Both the position numbers and the translations under genes were made by a program. A DNA stretch of 63,485 nucleotides, the filler included, from Octopus bimaculoides (taxonomy: Eukaryota): NCBI RefSeq assembly GCF_001194135.2. It is 6 parts of 5 records of this genome, joined end to end, with 100 filler letters (N's around TTAATTAATTAA, not from the genome) between each part and the next. Parts side by side here need not be neighbours in the genome. Positions count along the whole stretch, not along the records: positions 37,279 to 54,459 come from NC_068983.1; 5 more parts are not named here. One strand, written 5' to 3'. Of this stretch, positions 37,179 to 49,128 are shown in pieces. Positions within the stretch are counted from its first letter, which is position 1; every line of letters begins with the position of its first letter. The notes beneath the pieces were generated by a model. It worked only from the letters and a program-made list of their open reading frames with translations, was not told the origin of the DNA and made no database searches.

Positions 37179-37278
37179 NNNNNNNNNNNNNNNNNNNNNN
37201 NNNNNNNNNNNNNNNNNNNNNNTTAATTAATTAANNNNNNNNNNNNNNNNNNNNNNNNNNNNNNNNNNNNNNNNNNNN
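37179..37278. other. Artificial scaffold-join spacer
   Basis: N44-TTAATTAATTAA-N44. Confidence 0.95.
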
Positions 37279-37486
37279 GTGGTGGTGGTGGTGGTGGTGG
37301 TGGTGGCGGTTGTGGTCTTGGTGGTGGTGGTGGTGAGTTTTTAATGTGATATTGATCGCTATGATGTTGAGTGTTAGTGGGAGATGTGGTGCTTAAAATG
37401 CCGACGATGATGACGATGACGACGATGATGATGATGACGATGATGATGATGATGACGATGATGATGATGACGACGACGACGATGAT

Positions 37487-37517
<31 letters not shown>

Positions 37518-37700
37518 TTGATGATGATGATGACGATGATGATGACGATGGTAGTGGTGGTTGTTGTGATGATGATGATGACGACGCTTATGATGACGGT
37601 CACGACCAGGTTATTGATGACGACGACAACGACAACAACGAGAACCTCGATACTGCCGCTGCTGCTGCTGCCGGTGCTGCTGCCATTGGAAACGGTGAAT
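37279..37700. repeat. Compound trinucleotide microsatellite (GGT, GAT/GAC, GCT)
   Basis: Directly visible. Confidence 0.95.
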
Positions 37701-38193
37701 GTTTTGTTTGTTGGCGATCGTTGTTGCGCTGGGTGGTGGGGGTGATGCTGACGGGTGTGGCTGTGATGGCGACGAACCCGCAAACGTGTGAACACAAATG
37801 TGTGTCTGTCTGTGCGTACACACACTTAAAAGCTGAAGGTATAAAACAGAGCGGTTACGGCGAGGGCGACGGGGCCGTTTGATACTTCAGGATAAGGTTA
37901 GGGACAGGAGCGATCTCATATAATTTTGGCAGCGTTCGACTAACTGTCAGTGGCCCCTATTCAAGCACACACACACACACACCCACTCTCCGCTGCTTTT
38001 AGCAGGCTCTGGCAAGGTTCTTTACGGCCGTGTAAAGATAAAATGCATCGTTGTAATGGGACTTGAAACGCTTTACCTGCATCTAGACACACTGAATACA
38101 CGTGTGTACGCGCATGCATACATACATATGCATACATACACTCATGCACATACATACACACACACATGCACTTATATATATATAGATATATAT

Positions 38194-38242
<49 letters not shown>

Positions 38243-38501
38243 TACATACATACATACATACATACATACATACATACACACACACTCTCCACATACATGT
38301 ATACCTCCTCACATACACACGCGCACACTCACAAACACACAAACACACACACACATATACATATGCCTACACACGCACATGCATTCATACATCCATTTAT
38401 ATACATATATAAATATATATATACATACATATATATACATATATGTACATGCATATATACATACATATATATATATACATACGTATATATACATATATAT
38501 A

Positions 38502-38578
<77 letters not shown>

Positions 38579-39384
38579 NNNNNNNNNNNNNNNNNNNNNN
38601 NNNNNNNNNNNNNNNNNNNNNNNNNNNNNNNNNNNNNNNNNNNNNNNNNNNNNNNNNNNNNNNNNNNNNNNNNNNNNNNNNNNNNNNNNNNNNNNNNNNN
38701 NNNNNNNNNNNNNNNNNNNNNNNNNNNNNNNNNNNNNNNNNNNNNNNNNNNNNNNNNNNNNNNNNNNNNNNNNNNNNNNNNNNNNNNNNNNNNNNNNNNN
38801 NNNNNNNNNNNNNNNNNNNNNNNNNNNNNNNNNNNNNNNNNNNNNNNNNNNNNNNNNNNNNNNNNNNNNNNNNNNNNNNNNNNNNNNNNNNNNNNNNNNN
38901 NNNNNNNNNNNNNNNNNNNNNNNNNNNNNNNNNNNNNNNNNNNNNNNNNNNNNNNNNNNNNNNNNNNNNNNNNNNNNNNNNNNNNNNNNNNNNNNNNNNN
39001 NNNNNNNNNNNNNNNNNNNNNNNNNNNNNNNNNNNNNNNNNNNNNNNNNNNNNNNNNNNNNNNNNNNNNNNNNNNNNNNNNNNNNTATATGTATAAAACT
39101 TAGATATGTTTCGACCAAAGATTGGTCCAGGCCATGTCTAACTTAATAGCACCACCTGATAGGATTATCTAAATCATTTTAAAGTTTTGTTTATGGTCCA
39201 TTCAAGTAGTGAGTTCTTGTTGAGTGAGTTGCATCCAGGTATGGGTGGCTTATCGGCTATTCCTTGAAGAAATCTATCCAGACTCCGTTTAAAGGTGATG
39301 GGACCCTACGCTGGTCCTAGGGACAGTTGTTTTTGTAAGCAAGATTCTTACCACGTAGCCACTGTTACTCCTGTATATATAAAC

Positions 39385-39597
39385 ATCATCATCATCATTA
39401 TCATCATCATCATTATCATCATCATCATTTAGCTTTCGTTTTACATGCTGGCATGAGTTAGACGGTTTGAATGGAACCGGTAAGTCGGGGAGCTGCACCA
39501 GGCTCCAGTATTTCTTTACCCACGGCTGGATCCCCTTCCTAACGCCAACCAATCCATGGTGTGTCTGGATGTCCATCACGTGTCACCGGCACGATAT
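39385..39597 (-). mobile_element. SINE/RTE-tail-type repeat with (GAT)n tail, family D
   Basis: (CAT)n then CGTTTTACATGCTGGCATG..GGCTGGATCCCCTTCC; a related plus-strand relic lies at about 16460-16600 (GAAGGGCATCCAGCC..ATGCCAGCATGGAAA). Confidence 0.65.
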
Positions 39598-39624
39598 ATA
39601 TGGGTGTGTGTGTGTGTGTGTGTT

Positions 39625-39797
39625 TACTCTTTTACTTGTTTCAGTCGTTTGATTGCGGCCATGCTGGAGCACCGCCTTTAGTCGAACAAATCGACCCCAG
39701 GACTTATTCTTTGTAAGCCTAGTATATATTCCATCGGTCTTTATTGCCGAACCTCTAAGTTATGGGGACGTAAACATACCAACACCGGTTGTCAAGC
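39625..39797 (-). mobile_element. Family A SINE 3' half, cut by an N-gap
   Basis: TTGTTTCAGTCGTTTGATTGCGGCCATGCTGGAGCACCGCC; matches positions 1-170. Confidence 0.9.
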
Positions 39798-40952
39798 NNN
39801 NNNNNNNNNNNNNNNNNNNNNNNNNNNNNNNNNNNNNNNNNNNNNNNNNNNNNNNNNNNNNNNNNNNNNNNNNNNNNNNNNNNNNNNNNNNNNNNNNNNN
39901 NNNNNNNNNNNNNNNNNNNNNNNNNNNNNNNNNNNNNNNNNNNNNNNNNNNNNNNNNNNNNNNNNNNNNNNNNNNNNNNNNNNNNNNNNNNNNNNNNNNN
40001 NNNNNNNNNNNNNNNNNNNNNNNNNNNNNNNNNNNNNNNNNNNNNNNNNNNNNNNNNNNNNNNNNNNNNNNNNNNNNNNNNNNNNNNNNNNNNNNNNNNN
40101 NNNNNNNNNNNNNNNNNNNNNNNNNNNNNNNNNNNNNNNNNNNNNNNNNNNNNNNNNNNNNNNNNNNNNNNNNNNNNNNNNNNNNNNNNNNNNNNNNNNN
40201 NNNNNNNNNNNNNNNNNNNNNNNNNNNNNNNNNNNNNNNNNNNNNNNNNNNNNNNNNNNNNNNNNNNNNNNNNNNNNNNNNNNNNNNNNNNNNNNNNNNN
40301 NNNNNNNNNNNNNNNNNNNNNNNNNNNNNNNNNNNNNNNNNNNNNNNNNNNNNNNNNNNNNNNNNNNNNNNNNNNNNNNNNNNNNNNNNNNNNNNNNNNN
40401 NNNNNNNNNNNNNNNNNNNNNNNNNNNNNNNNNNNNNNNNNNNNNNNNNNNNNNNNNNNNNNNNNNNNNNNNNNNNNNNNNNNNNNNNNNNNNNNNNNNN
40501 NNNNNNNNNNNNNNNNNNNNNNNNNNNNNNNNNNNNNNNNNNNNNNNNNNNNNNNNNNNNNNNNNNNNNNNNNNNNNNNNNNNNNNNNNNNNNNNNNNNN
40601 NNNNNNNNNNNNNNNNNNNNNNNNNNNNNNNNNNNNNNNNNNNNNNNNNNNNNNNNNNNNNNNNNNNNNNNNNNNNNNNNNATCTAGAGCATATAGTTGA
40701 TGGAATCCTTACAGCGTCCTACGGGTACCTTACGGTATTCATTCTCGCACTTTCTATTCCGAGTTCGAATTATACCGTGGCCTGTTTGAGTAATTGATTG
40801 ACTTTGTCCCTCGATGTGGCTTGGGTACAGGCAAGGTTTCTGGTTTCAATGTAGTTGGAAAGGGCCATAATTCTTCAGACTATGCTCTTAAACATACGAG
40901 CGCGCACATACATTCATATACGCTCGCACGCACATACACACGCACAAACAGC

Positions 40953-41000
<48 letters not shown>

Positions 41001-41198
41001 CATACGCGCGTACATACAAACATTGAAGCAGACACCAACGCATACGACTACATCATACAAACAAGCACTAATACACTCACGCACATACACACACGCACGC
41101 ACATATACACATGCACATACACACACACATACACACACGCATGACGCAAACACCCTCATTCACATACACACGTACAATATATAAGCGATATAAGCAAC

Positions 41199-41425
41199 GG
41201 AGACGTGTGGCTTAGTGGTTAAGAGTGTTGGATTCATGATCGTAGCGTTGCACTTTCAATTCCTGGACCAGGCAACGCGTTTTTTTTTTGTTTTTTTCTT
41301 CTTCAAGACACTTCGTTTTACGTTGCTCCGGTCCACTCAGTTGGTAAGGATGAGTCATCCCAAGTAGGGAAATATATACATCATGAAATCGGGAAACCGG
41401 CCCTTATGAGTCGGCATGGCTCATT
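41199..41425 (+). mobile_element. tRNA-derived SINE, family E
   Basis: GTGGCTTAGTGGTTAAGAG A-box, TTCAATTCC B-box, CAAGACACTT..CGTTGCTCCGGTCCACTCAG central domain; relative at 44665-44810. Confidence 0.75.
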
Positions 41426-41789
41426 AATATAGCTTGTGAATACGTATGTATGGATATAAAGACAATCACCCTGTACGTTCATCCAGATATGCACACAGTA
41501 CGCCCTACAAACACGCTGTCATACAATCAAACATAAACACATAGAAATACAAAAACACAATCACACACACGCATACATGCAAACATTAAAACAAGCACCA
41601 ATACATACGACTCCATCATACAACCATGCACTCTTGTGCACACGCACATACACACACGAATAATACAAACACCCTCTTTCACATACATACATACATACAT
41701 ACATACATACATACATACATACACAAGCACATACATACCTACATACATACATATACATGCCAATAGTCATTAATTCACATTCATACACA

Positions 41790-42040
41790 GGAGTGGCTGT
41801 GTGGTAAAAAGCTTGCTTCGCAACCACATGGTTCTTGGTTCAGTCCCACTGCGTGGCACCTTGGGCAGTGTCTTCTGTTATAGCCTCGGGCCGACCAATG
41901 CCTTGTTTCCGTCTACCAATTCCACTCACAAGGCTTTGGTCGGCCCGAGAGTATAGTAGAAGACACTTACCCAAGGCGCCACGCAATGGGACTGAAATCG
42001 GAGCCATGTGGTTGGTAGGCAAGCTTCTTACCATACAGCG

Positions 42041-42071
<31 letters not shown>

Positions 42072-42195
42072 CGTCGCTAGTGTGTTTATATCCCCGTAAC
42101 TTACAAAGAAGTCCTGGGTTCGATTTCTTCGACTAAAAACCCCGTTTAGGCGGTGCTCCAATATGGCCGCAGTCAAATGAGTGAAACAAGTAAAA
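41790..42195 (+). mobile_element. Family A SINE with internal (TA)n and deletion
   Basis: GGAGTGGCTGTGTGGTAA..GGTTCAGTCCCACTGCGTGGCACCTTGGGC head; tail GGCGGTGCTCCAATATGGCCGCAGTCAAATGA. The middle is partly rearranged (GTCTACCAA..CTCACAAGGCTTTGGTCGGCCCGAG reads as the reverse complement of the upstream part). Confidence 0.8.
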
Positions 42196-42837
42196 CAAAA
42201 TATGAATATCACATACACAGACACAAAAACACACACACACACACATATATATACATGCCAACACATGCACACAAAAGCAGATACCCATATATGCACAGTT
42301 ATACAATCACACATGTACACGAATGAAAGTACATACGTTCACACACGCATAGGCGTCAACAGCCACCGCCACACACACACACAGACACACAGAGATACAC
42401 GATTATATACACACATACACACGACCAAAGAACACAAACTCACACTGCAGAGACGTTAACAAACAGCCCCCACCTCACTCATAACACATGCTCATATACA
42501 CATACACACAATCTTATACACGTATAGTCACGAACAAAATAATATACGTTCACACACACATAGGCGTCAACAGACACCCACTCACGCGCATATACACGGC
42601 AGTATACACATATACACACGTTCTCTACTTTACTTTAAATCAATTGAGCCTTTTGTATAAGAATTGTTTGATGTAATTTTATTAATAAACTCAAATTATC
42701 TTGGTTCTGGTGACTGCCACCACCCCACCCCCACCTTCGCACCGCCTTCTTCTCCTCCTCCTGTCCCTCCTCCTCCTCCCACTCCTACTCTACGATAGCT
42801 TAGTCTCGATTTTGTCATTACGTTCCAACCATATGTA

Positions 42838-42876
<39 letters not shown>

Positions 42877-43039
42877 ACAAATAATACCATGTTGACAAAC
42901 GCACGCACACACATACACATACACACACATACAATTGCAAAACCAGACCCCCCCTTCCATATACACACATACACAGACTCAAATACATGTGTAAAAGAAA
43001 ACCTATGTATTTACGTATTTGAAATATAAATGTGCGTGT

Positions 43040-43078
<39 letters not shown>

Positions 43079-44284
43079 CAAGCGCGTATACGTGGATGTG
43101 TGGCCGTGTGTTGCTTGTGTGGTAATGTTTTAAGCATATACACAAATTAAATATGAAGAGATCTCACACGCACACACACAAACATACATTCACACACATT
43201 ACACACATACATAGACATACAGGCATCTTTATATATATGCATGTATGTATTTTTATATATCTATATGCATGTGTATATTTATATATACAATAACTGCTAC
43301 TGCTAAAAACGTATGCATCCACAACACACGGGTAATAATCTTATTTTAAAGCAAGTCTGTGTTTTGAGCAAATAACTGTTTTAGACATATATATAATATG
43401 CTGTGAAATATATGAAAATCCTCTTAACGGCCATTTGTAGACAGATTTCTCTCCCTCTTTGTCTCTCTCTCTCTATCTATCTCTCTCCCTCTACGTATGT
43501 ATGTGTATGCATATATGTATATATTTGTGTGTTCATGTATGTCTGTATGTACGTATGTTCTCTTCTATTTTTAATTATCTGAAGTCTTCCTGTTACGAAG
43601 GAGCTGGTTTCAAATAAAGATACAAAGCTTCCTCGTTGAAATGTAGTCAACAAAAACCAATGTCACATTTTAAACTTTAAAAAAGTCTTGCATATTTTTA
43701 CTGTGCCGCTTACAGATTGTATATGTATGTATGGATGGATGTAATGGATGGATGGATGGATGGATGGATGTCATTATTCAGTTTATTTCAAGATTTCTTG
43801 CCAATAGAGAAAGAACCAGTTCTGCCCTTATATATTTTACGTTACGTTACGTACAAGAGAGATAATTCTTGGCATTCATCATTCTGCAATTGGCCATGGA
43901 ATACTGAACCCCAGAAATATTTTTGTCTTATTTTTTTCAAAATAATTCAACGCAAATATTCAACGTAAATATAAATATTCATAATTTAAAATAGACGTAG
44001 CTTTCTATATTTTTAATTTATTCTAATGTCAAATTTAAAGTATTTAAGCAATACATCTGTGGTCATTTTTCTGACTCGGATGCACTAAATCCATAAAACG
44101 CAGCCGCATCCAATTAAAATATTGTTAATTTATTTGTCAGTAACAATGAGCTAAAAGTGAGGATGTATACCACATCTACCCTCGCGTCGCTAATATCTTT
44201 CTTCTGTTCGTGGCCAAGTTCTTTCATAGAGCCCAATCAGCCTAGCTGTAAGTTCCGTAATATACGTCACTGGAATAATGTTTA

Positions 44285-44573
44285 CCTCTCAAACCCTCTT
44301 TCATGAGGCCGAAGAGAATAGTCCAGTGATGAGGAAGTGAAAACTGTAGTGAAGAAGTGGCTCAAAGAACAGTCAACAGAATTTTACGGGGCAGGGATAC
44401 ATACTTTCATTCGAAGGTGGAACATTGGTATTGAGAGAAGCGGTGACTATGTTGAGAAGTAGGGATGTGATCCACAGAGGACCAGCTTCATTTTCATGTA
44501 TGATACATGTTCCTGTGTTGGTAATTATACCTGCCCTAAACAAAATGGCATTACTTTTTGACTCACCCTCGTA
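44285..44573 (+). mobile_element. Mariner 3' end with right TIR
   Basis: SDEEVKTVVKKWLKEQSTEFYGAGIHTFIRRWNIGIERSGDYVEK* followed by TTACTTTTTGACTCACCCTCGTA. Confidence 0.9.
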
Positions 44574-44664
44574 GTAACAAATTCACTGCACCAAGAAACT
44601 GTTCGACAGTTAACAGTACTGAGTTCAACTCCTGTCACAACCAGGATCAATTAAACGGTGGGGG

Positions 44665-44810
44665 GAAAGCATGTGAGCGAGTTGTAAGGTGTTGTAGTCA
44701 CCAACGTAAGAACGTGGTTTCGATTCCTGGACAAGGTAGTGCATTGTCCTTGAACAAAATACTTCATTTCACGCTGCTCCAGTCCTCTCAACTGTAAATG
44801 AATCTCAGCA
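44665..44810 (+). mobile_element. Degenerate family E SINE
   Basis: GGTTTCGATTCCTGGAC..GTCCTTGAACAAAATACTTCATTTCACGCTGCTCCAGTCC. Confidence 0.7.
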
Positions 44811-45479
44811 ACATCTGGTAAGTTAACTCTGCGATAGACCGTCCAGAGTGAGTGCTATAGCCTCAGTCATTTATACGTCATGGAGCGCAGGTTGTGCTCG
44901 AGCCTTGAGTCCTTAAGTTCTTGACAGACCTAAATTAAACGAAGGCGGAGCGTTTGGTTTTATATCTAGCATTATGCGTTGTAGGACGCCCCACAACATT
45001 CAGCGAACAGAAGTGACATTACAATACTACAATCCTTAACCGACCAATTGCGCTAATCGATTACTATCGAACTTCAGGTCAAATGATAATGTTCTTTAAC
45101 AACATTCAGTGGTGATTTATCTGAATTATAAACAAACGTTCATCCAACTACGACCACTGCGTAGATTCGAGATTTGGCTGCTATTTTAGCAACTTCCAAA
45201 ACTACGTAATAGCCCCGCCACCTCGTAGTTGTGCTATCGTTCTAGTTGTTCGTTGTTCGAGTATTTTCGGGTCAACTTGACTGAGTAGATCTATGATCAA
45301 AAGTGTTCCGGCCATGACCTACCCCAAAATGTTCTCAGTCAGAGCGTCTCTACGATTGCATCAGCTAATTGATATTTTACTTATTTATTCAGGGTACGAT
45401 TTGAGTTAAATTTGACTGCTATTTCCTGCAGGTAATAAAACCACGTAAAAGTTCCTTCTACTGGTGATGGATGAGATCG

Positions 45480-45712
45480 GAGGTAATGGTTGCGGTGGTG
45501 GTAGTGGAACTGACGATGACGATGGTTGCGGTGGTGGTAGTGGTGATGGTGGTGAAGGGTAATGTGATGATGATGGTAGTGGTGATGGTGGTGACAATAT
45601 GGTGGTCATGGTGGTGGTGGTGGTGGTGATGGGTGATGTGATGATAATGATGATGGGATGGGGGTACTGCTACGGCTACTGCCTCTGCTGCTGCTGTCGC
45701 TGCTGCTACCGC

Positions 45713-45753
<41 letters not shown>

Positions 45754-45840
45754 ATGATGATGTTAATGTTGGTGATGATGATGATGATGATGTGATGACG
45801 ACGACGTTGACGACGACGATGATAAAGACGACGACGGCAT

Positions 45841-45887
<47 letters not shown>

Positions 45888-45890
45888 GGG
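45480..45890. repeat. Compound trinucleotide microsatellite (GGT, GAT, GCT, GAC)
   Basis: Directly visible. Confidence 0.95.
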
Positions 45891-46319
45891 TTGGGGGCCG
45901 GGGCGTAATGGCGGCAGAGTGACGATCGTGCTTGTTTTGGTGCCAGTGCTTTACTCTGATCTGATGCGCAGAGAAAATTTCTCATGTAGGTGGCGTTGCT
46001 GCAACAACAGCGGCAGCGCAGTCCAATCGAGAAGAGTCCAAAACGACATCTTTAATAAGATGGCAGCGGATGAAATCGCCGCTCATTTGTTATCGTCCAA
46101 ATGGAGATGTTATCTCTTCATTTGTCAGCGAAATATGATTGCAGTGTGTATATGGTAGAGGTTAATTGTATTATTGTATATAACAAGAAATCTAGTCGGG
46201 CATCGTGTCATTTTGTCACCAATATATACTCAGTTGGTTTGTCACCTCGTCAACCTGTCATCTTGTCATCTTGTCGCCATGTCTTGTATCGCTAACATCA
46301 AAGCGATTTGTGTCATTGA

Positions 46320-47300
46320 AAAGGATGAGAAGAGAGAGAGAGAGAGGATGCGGGGGTGGATTTTTAAGAAGTTAGAGACAGAAAGGGGAGAGAGATGGGG
46401 AGGAAGGGATTGAATGATGGCGATAATGGATGAGTTAGTATTTAGGGAGGGGGAAAGAGGGACAGAGAAAGAAAGAGTAAGTGAATGAGTGAGTGATGAG
46501 AAGGAAAGGATTCGTTGACGGGAGGAGATAAATGATGAATGAATGAAAAAAGGCAATGATGGTGAGGTTTGAAGACTGATGAAGTTCAGGGAGTGAATGA
46601 GTGAGAGAGGGAGTGAATGAGTAAGAGAGAGAGAGTGAATGAGTAAGAGAGGGAGTGAATGAGTAAGAGAGGGAGTGAATGAAGGGGAGAATGAATAACT
46701 TAGAGTTTAGGGGAGGGAAAGAAAGAGTGAGTGAGTGAATGAAGGTGAGAATGAATAACTTAGTTTAAGGGAAAGAAAGAGAGTGAGTGAATGAGTTCGC
46801 AATGGAATGACTGTGTAGAAGAATAAACAAATAAGTGAGAGTGCGCGAACGAGAGTGATGAAAGAAAACTGATTTAATGAATTATTGAATAGTGAATGAG
46901 TATATGAGTGAACGGGTGTTGGTGGCAGAAAAATAGTTGAGAATGAATTTGGAACAAGGGGAATAAGAGAGAAAGAAAGAGAGAGAAGGAGAGAAAAAGA
47001 ACGAAGGAGGAAACGTATCTGAGAAAGAAGACGGAGAGAAAGATTTATAAAGTGTTGGACACGGAGAAGGAGCGAGAGAGAAAGAGGGGGAAGGAAAGAA
47101 AGAGAACGAAGGAGAAAATGTATTTGAGGAAAAAGAGGGAGAAAAGTATATGTCCTAAGTGTAAGAGAGGGAGAGAGGGAGGGAGAGAGAGAAAGATACA
47201 GAAAAGAGAGAAAAAAGACAGAACGAACAAGAAAACGTATTTGAGAAAGAAGAGAGAGAGAGAGAGAGATACAGGGAGAGTGAGAGAAAGGTTGTTGCTG
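46320..47300 (+). repeat. About 1 kb polypurine (GA-rich) tract containing minisatellites
   Basis: 20-bp GAGTGAATGAGTAAGAGAGG units at about 46590-46680, a roughly 58-bp duplication at about 46675-46790, and three GAACGAA..GTAT(T/C)TGAG units at about 46995, 47103 and 47220. Confidence 0.85.
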
Positions 47301-48257
47301 TGAACGTCTGCGTCTAAAGAGACAGGGCGCGTGCGCAGAAGACACGACAACTGTCAACTGTCGGGTTAAAACAATGGCAACGCCGTGGCTAAGCAGTACT
47401 TCTGGGGTGCATAGATCACTTGGCAATTGTCAGTTCGCCTGGTTGTATGTCTGTTGACATGAAGCAGGCTGATTAGTTGGCTGGCAAACATAAAGTTGTC
47501 ATCTAAGGAACAGCGCGGCGTAATGAGTCGGGAGTGCAGGGAAGAGGTAGAAAGTGGGAAAGGAAAAGGGAGACGAGCAAAATAGCGAGAGAGAGAGGGG
47601 GGGAGAAGGAAAATAAATAAAAAGAAAAGCAGCCGGATAAGGGTTGTAATAAAAAAACAAAAAGTGGGGGTAGGTGATATGAAGGAAAAGAAAGAATTGA
47701 GAAGAGAAAAGAAAGAGAATGAAGAAAAAATCTCTGAAATGATAACGTTGAGGGACAGGCACGTGTGAGACATACAGCAATTGTCAGTCACTTTATTATC
47801 TCCCTTCCTTTCGCTCTTTCATGCCTCTTTTCTTTTTTCGTTTTACTTGCTTTCTGCTTTTTTTACGTTGTTGTTTTCGGTCCTTTCTTTCTCTTTAATG
47901 AACGTCAAAAACAATAATGGTGTCAAGAATCATAACATAATTGTATGCAATTGTCATTTAATTTCATCTTAATTTCTGGCTCAATGAAAAAAACGGTGGC
48001 TTCTATGAACAGCCTCTCGCGCCATGTTATAACGTCGTGATGTTGTTATTCAATGTTAGTACTAGAAATGATAGAGTGACAGTAACATGGAATACTAAAG
48101 AGAGTAACATAACCCCGCCTACTCCCTCACTAATTCATTTGATCCCTCTCTCATTATTATCCCATTTGTAGCTATCTATCTGTCTATCTATCTATCTAAC
48201 TATCTATCTAAACGCCGACGTAAGCGCTTCAGCAGTTGTACAAGGCGGAAAATATTG

Positions 48258-48690
48258 TTTTCTACTCTAGGCACAAGGCCCGAAATTTTTGGGGAAGAGG
48301 CCAGTCGATTAGATCGACCCAGTACGCAACTGTTACTTTATTTATCGATCCCGAAATGATGAAAGAAAAAGTTGACCTCGGCGGAATTTGAACTCTGAAC
48401 ATAAAGACAGACGAAATATCGCTTAGCATTTCGCCCGGCGTGCTAACGTTTCATATTTCTTTACTGCCCTCAAGGGGCTACACAGAGAGGGGACAAACAT
48501 GGACATACAAATGGATTAAGTCGATTATATCGACCCCAGTGCGTGACTGGTACCTATTTAATCGACCCCGAAAAGATGAAAGACAAAATCGACCTCGGCG
48601 GGATCTGAACTCACAACATTAAAAACAGACGAAAAACCGCTAAGCATTTCGCCCGGCGCGCTAACGTTTCTGCCAGCTCGCCGCCTTACA
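48258..48690 (-). mobile_element. Two head-to-tail family B SINEs (short-tail at 48258-48451, long-tail at 48452-48690)
   Basis: Two GCATTTCGCCCGGCG(T/C)GCTAACGTTTC heads, with different 3' tails. Confidence 0.9.
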
Positions 48691-48912
48691 AGTCGGAAGA
48701 TATTGCATCAGCACTCTTCAAACCTCTTCCAACCACTTCAAGTCTTTCGAATCTTCGCTAGATTATTTCCGAAAAATGTAGTTCCTATGTAGTTTTGCAT
48801 TTTGATGGCAAAAATCACATTCATTTTTCAAGAAATTAATAATTAAGCCTTCATTTGATAACCAATCGTCTGTACTGATTTCCAGAAGATCAGCATGCTC
48901 AAACCTTTACAT

Positions 48913-49128
48913 AAGTGGTTCTCAATCCGGGTCAATTTAGGATTGATGGGCAATGAATTGGTTACACTTGTACGATACACAAAATATTTTAACAAATTTT
49001 TTATGCTAATATTTAATTATCAAAATATAGTGCGATATTTTAAAACACCGAATGGCTAGGAGCCTGCATACGAGTAAAATAGTAATCAAAGAGGTCTATA
49101 GAAAAATAAAATTGATTGAAAATCACTG
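48913..49128. mobile_element. Short TIR element (hAT/Charlie-type MITE)
   Basis: AGTGGTTCTCAA ... TTGAAAATCACTG inverted termini; a related right end GTTGAGAACCACTG occurs at about 52714. Confidence 0.6.

Noticed and set aside
45458-45985. 175-aa ORF with poly-S/A/H stretches resembling a transcription-factor low-complexity region
   Set aside because: Also contains poly-I/V, lacks any domain or clear splice context, and is fully explained by the triplet array; the same holds for 37223-37825 and 6201-6821.
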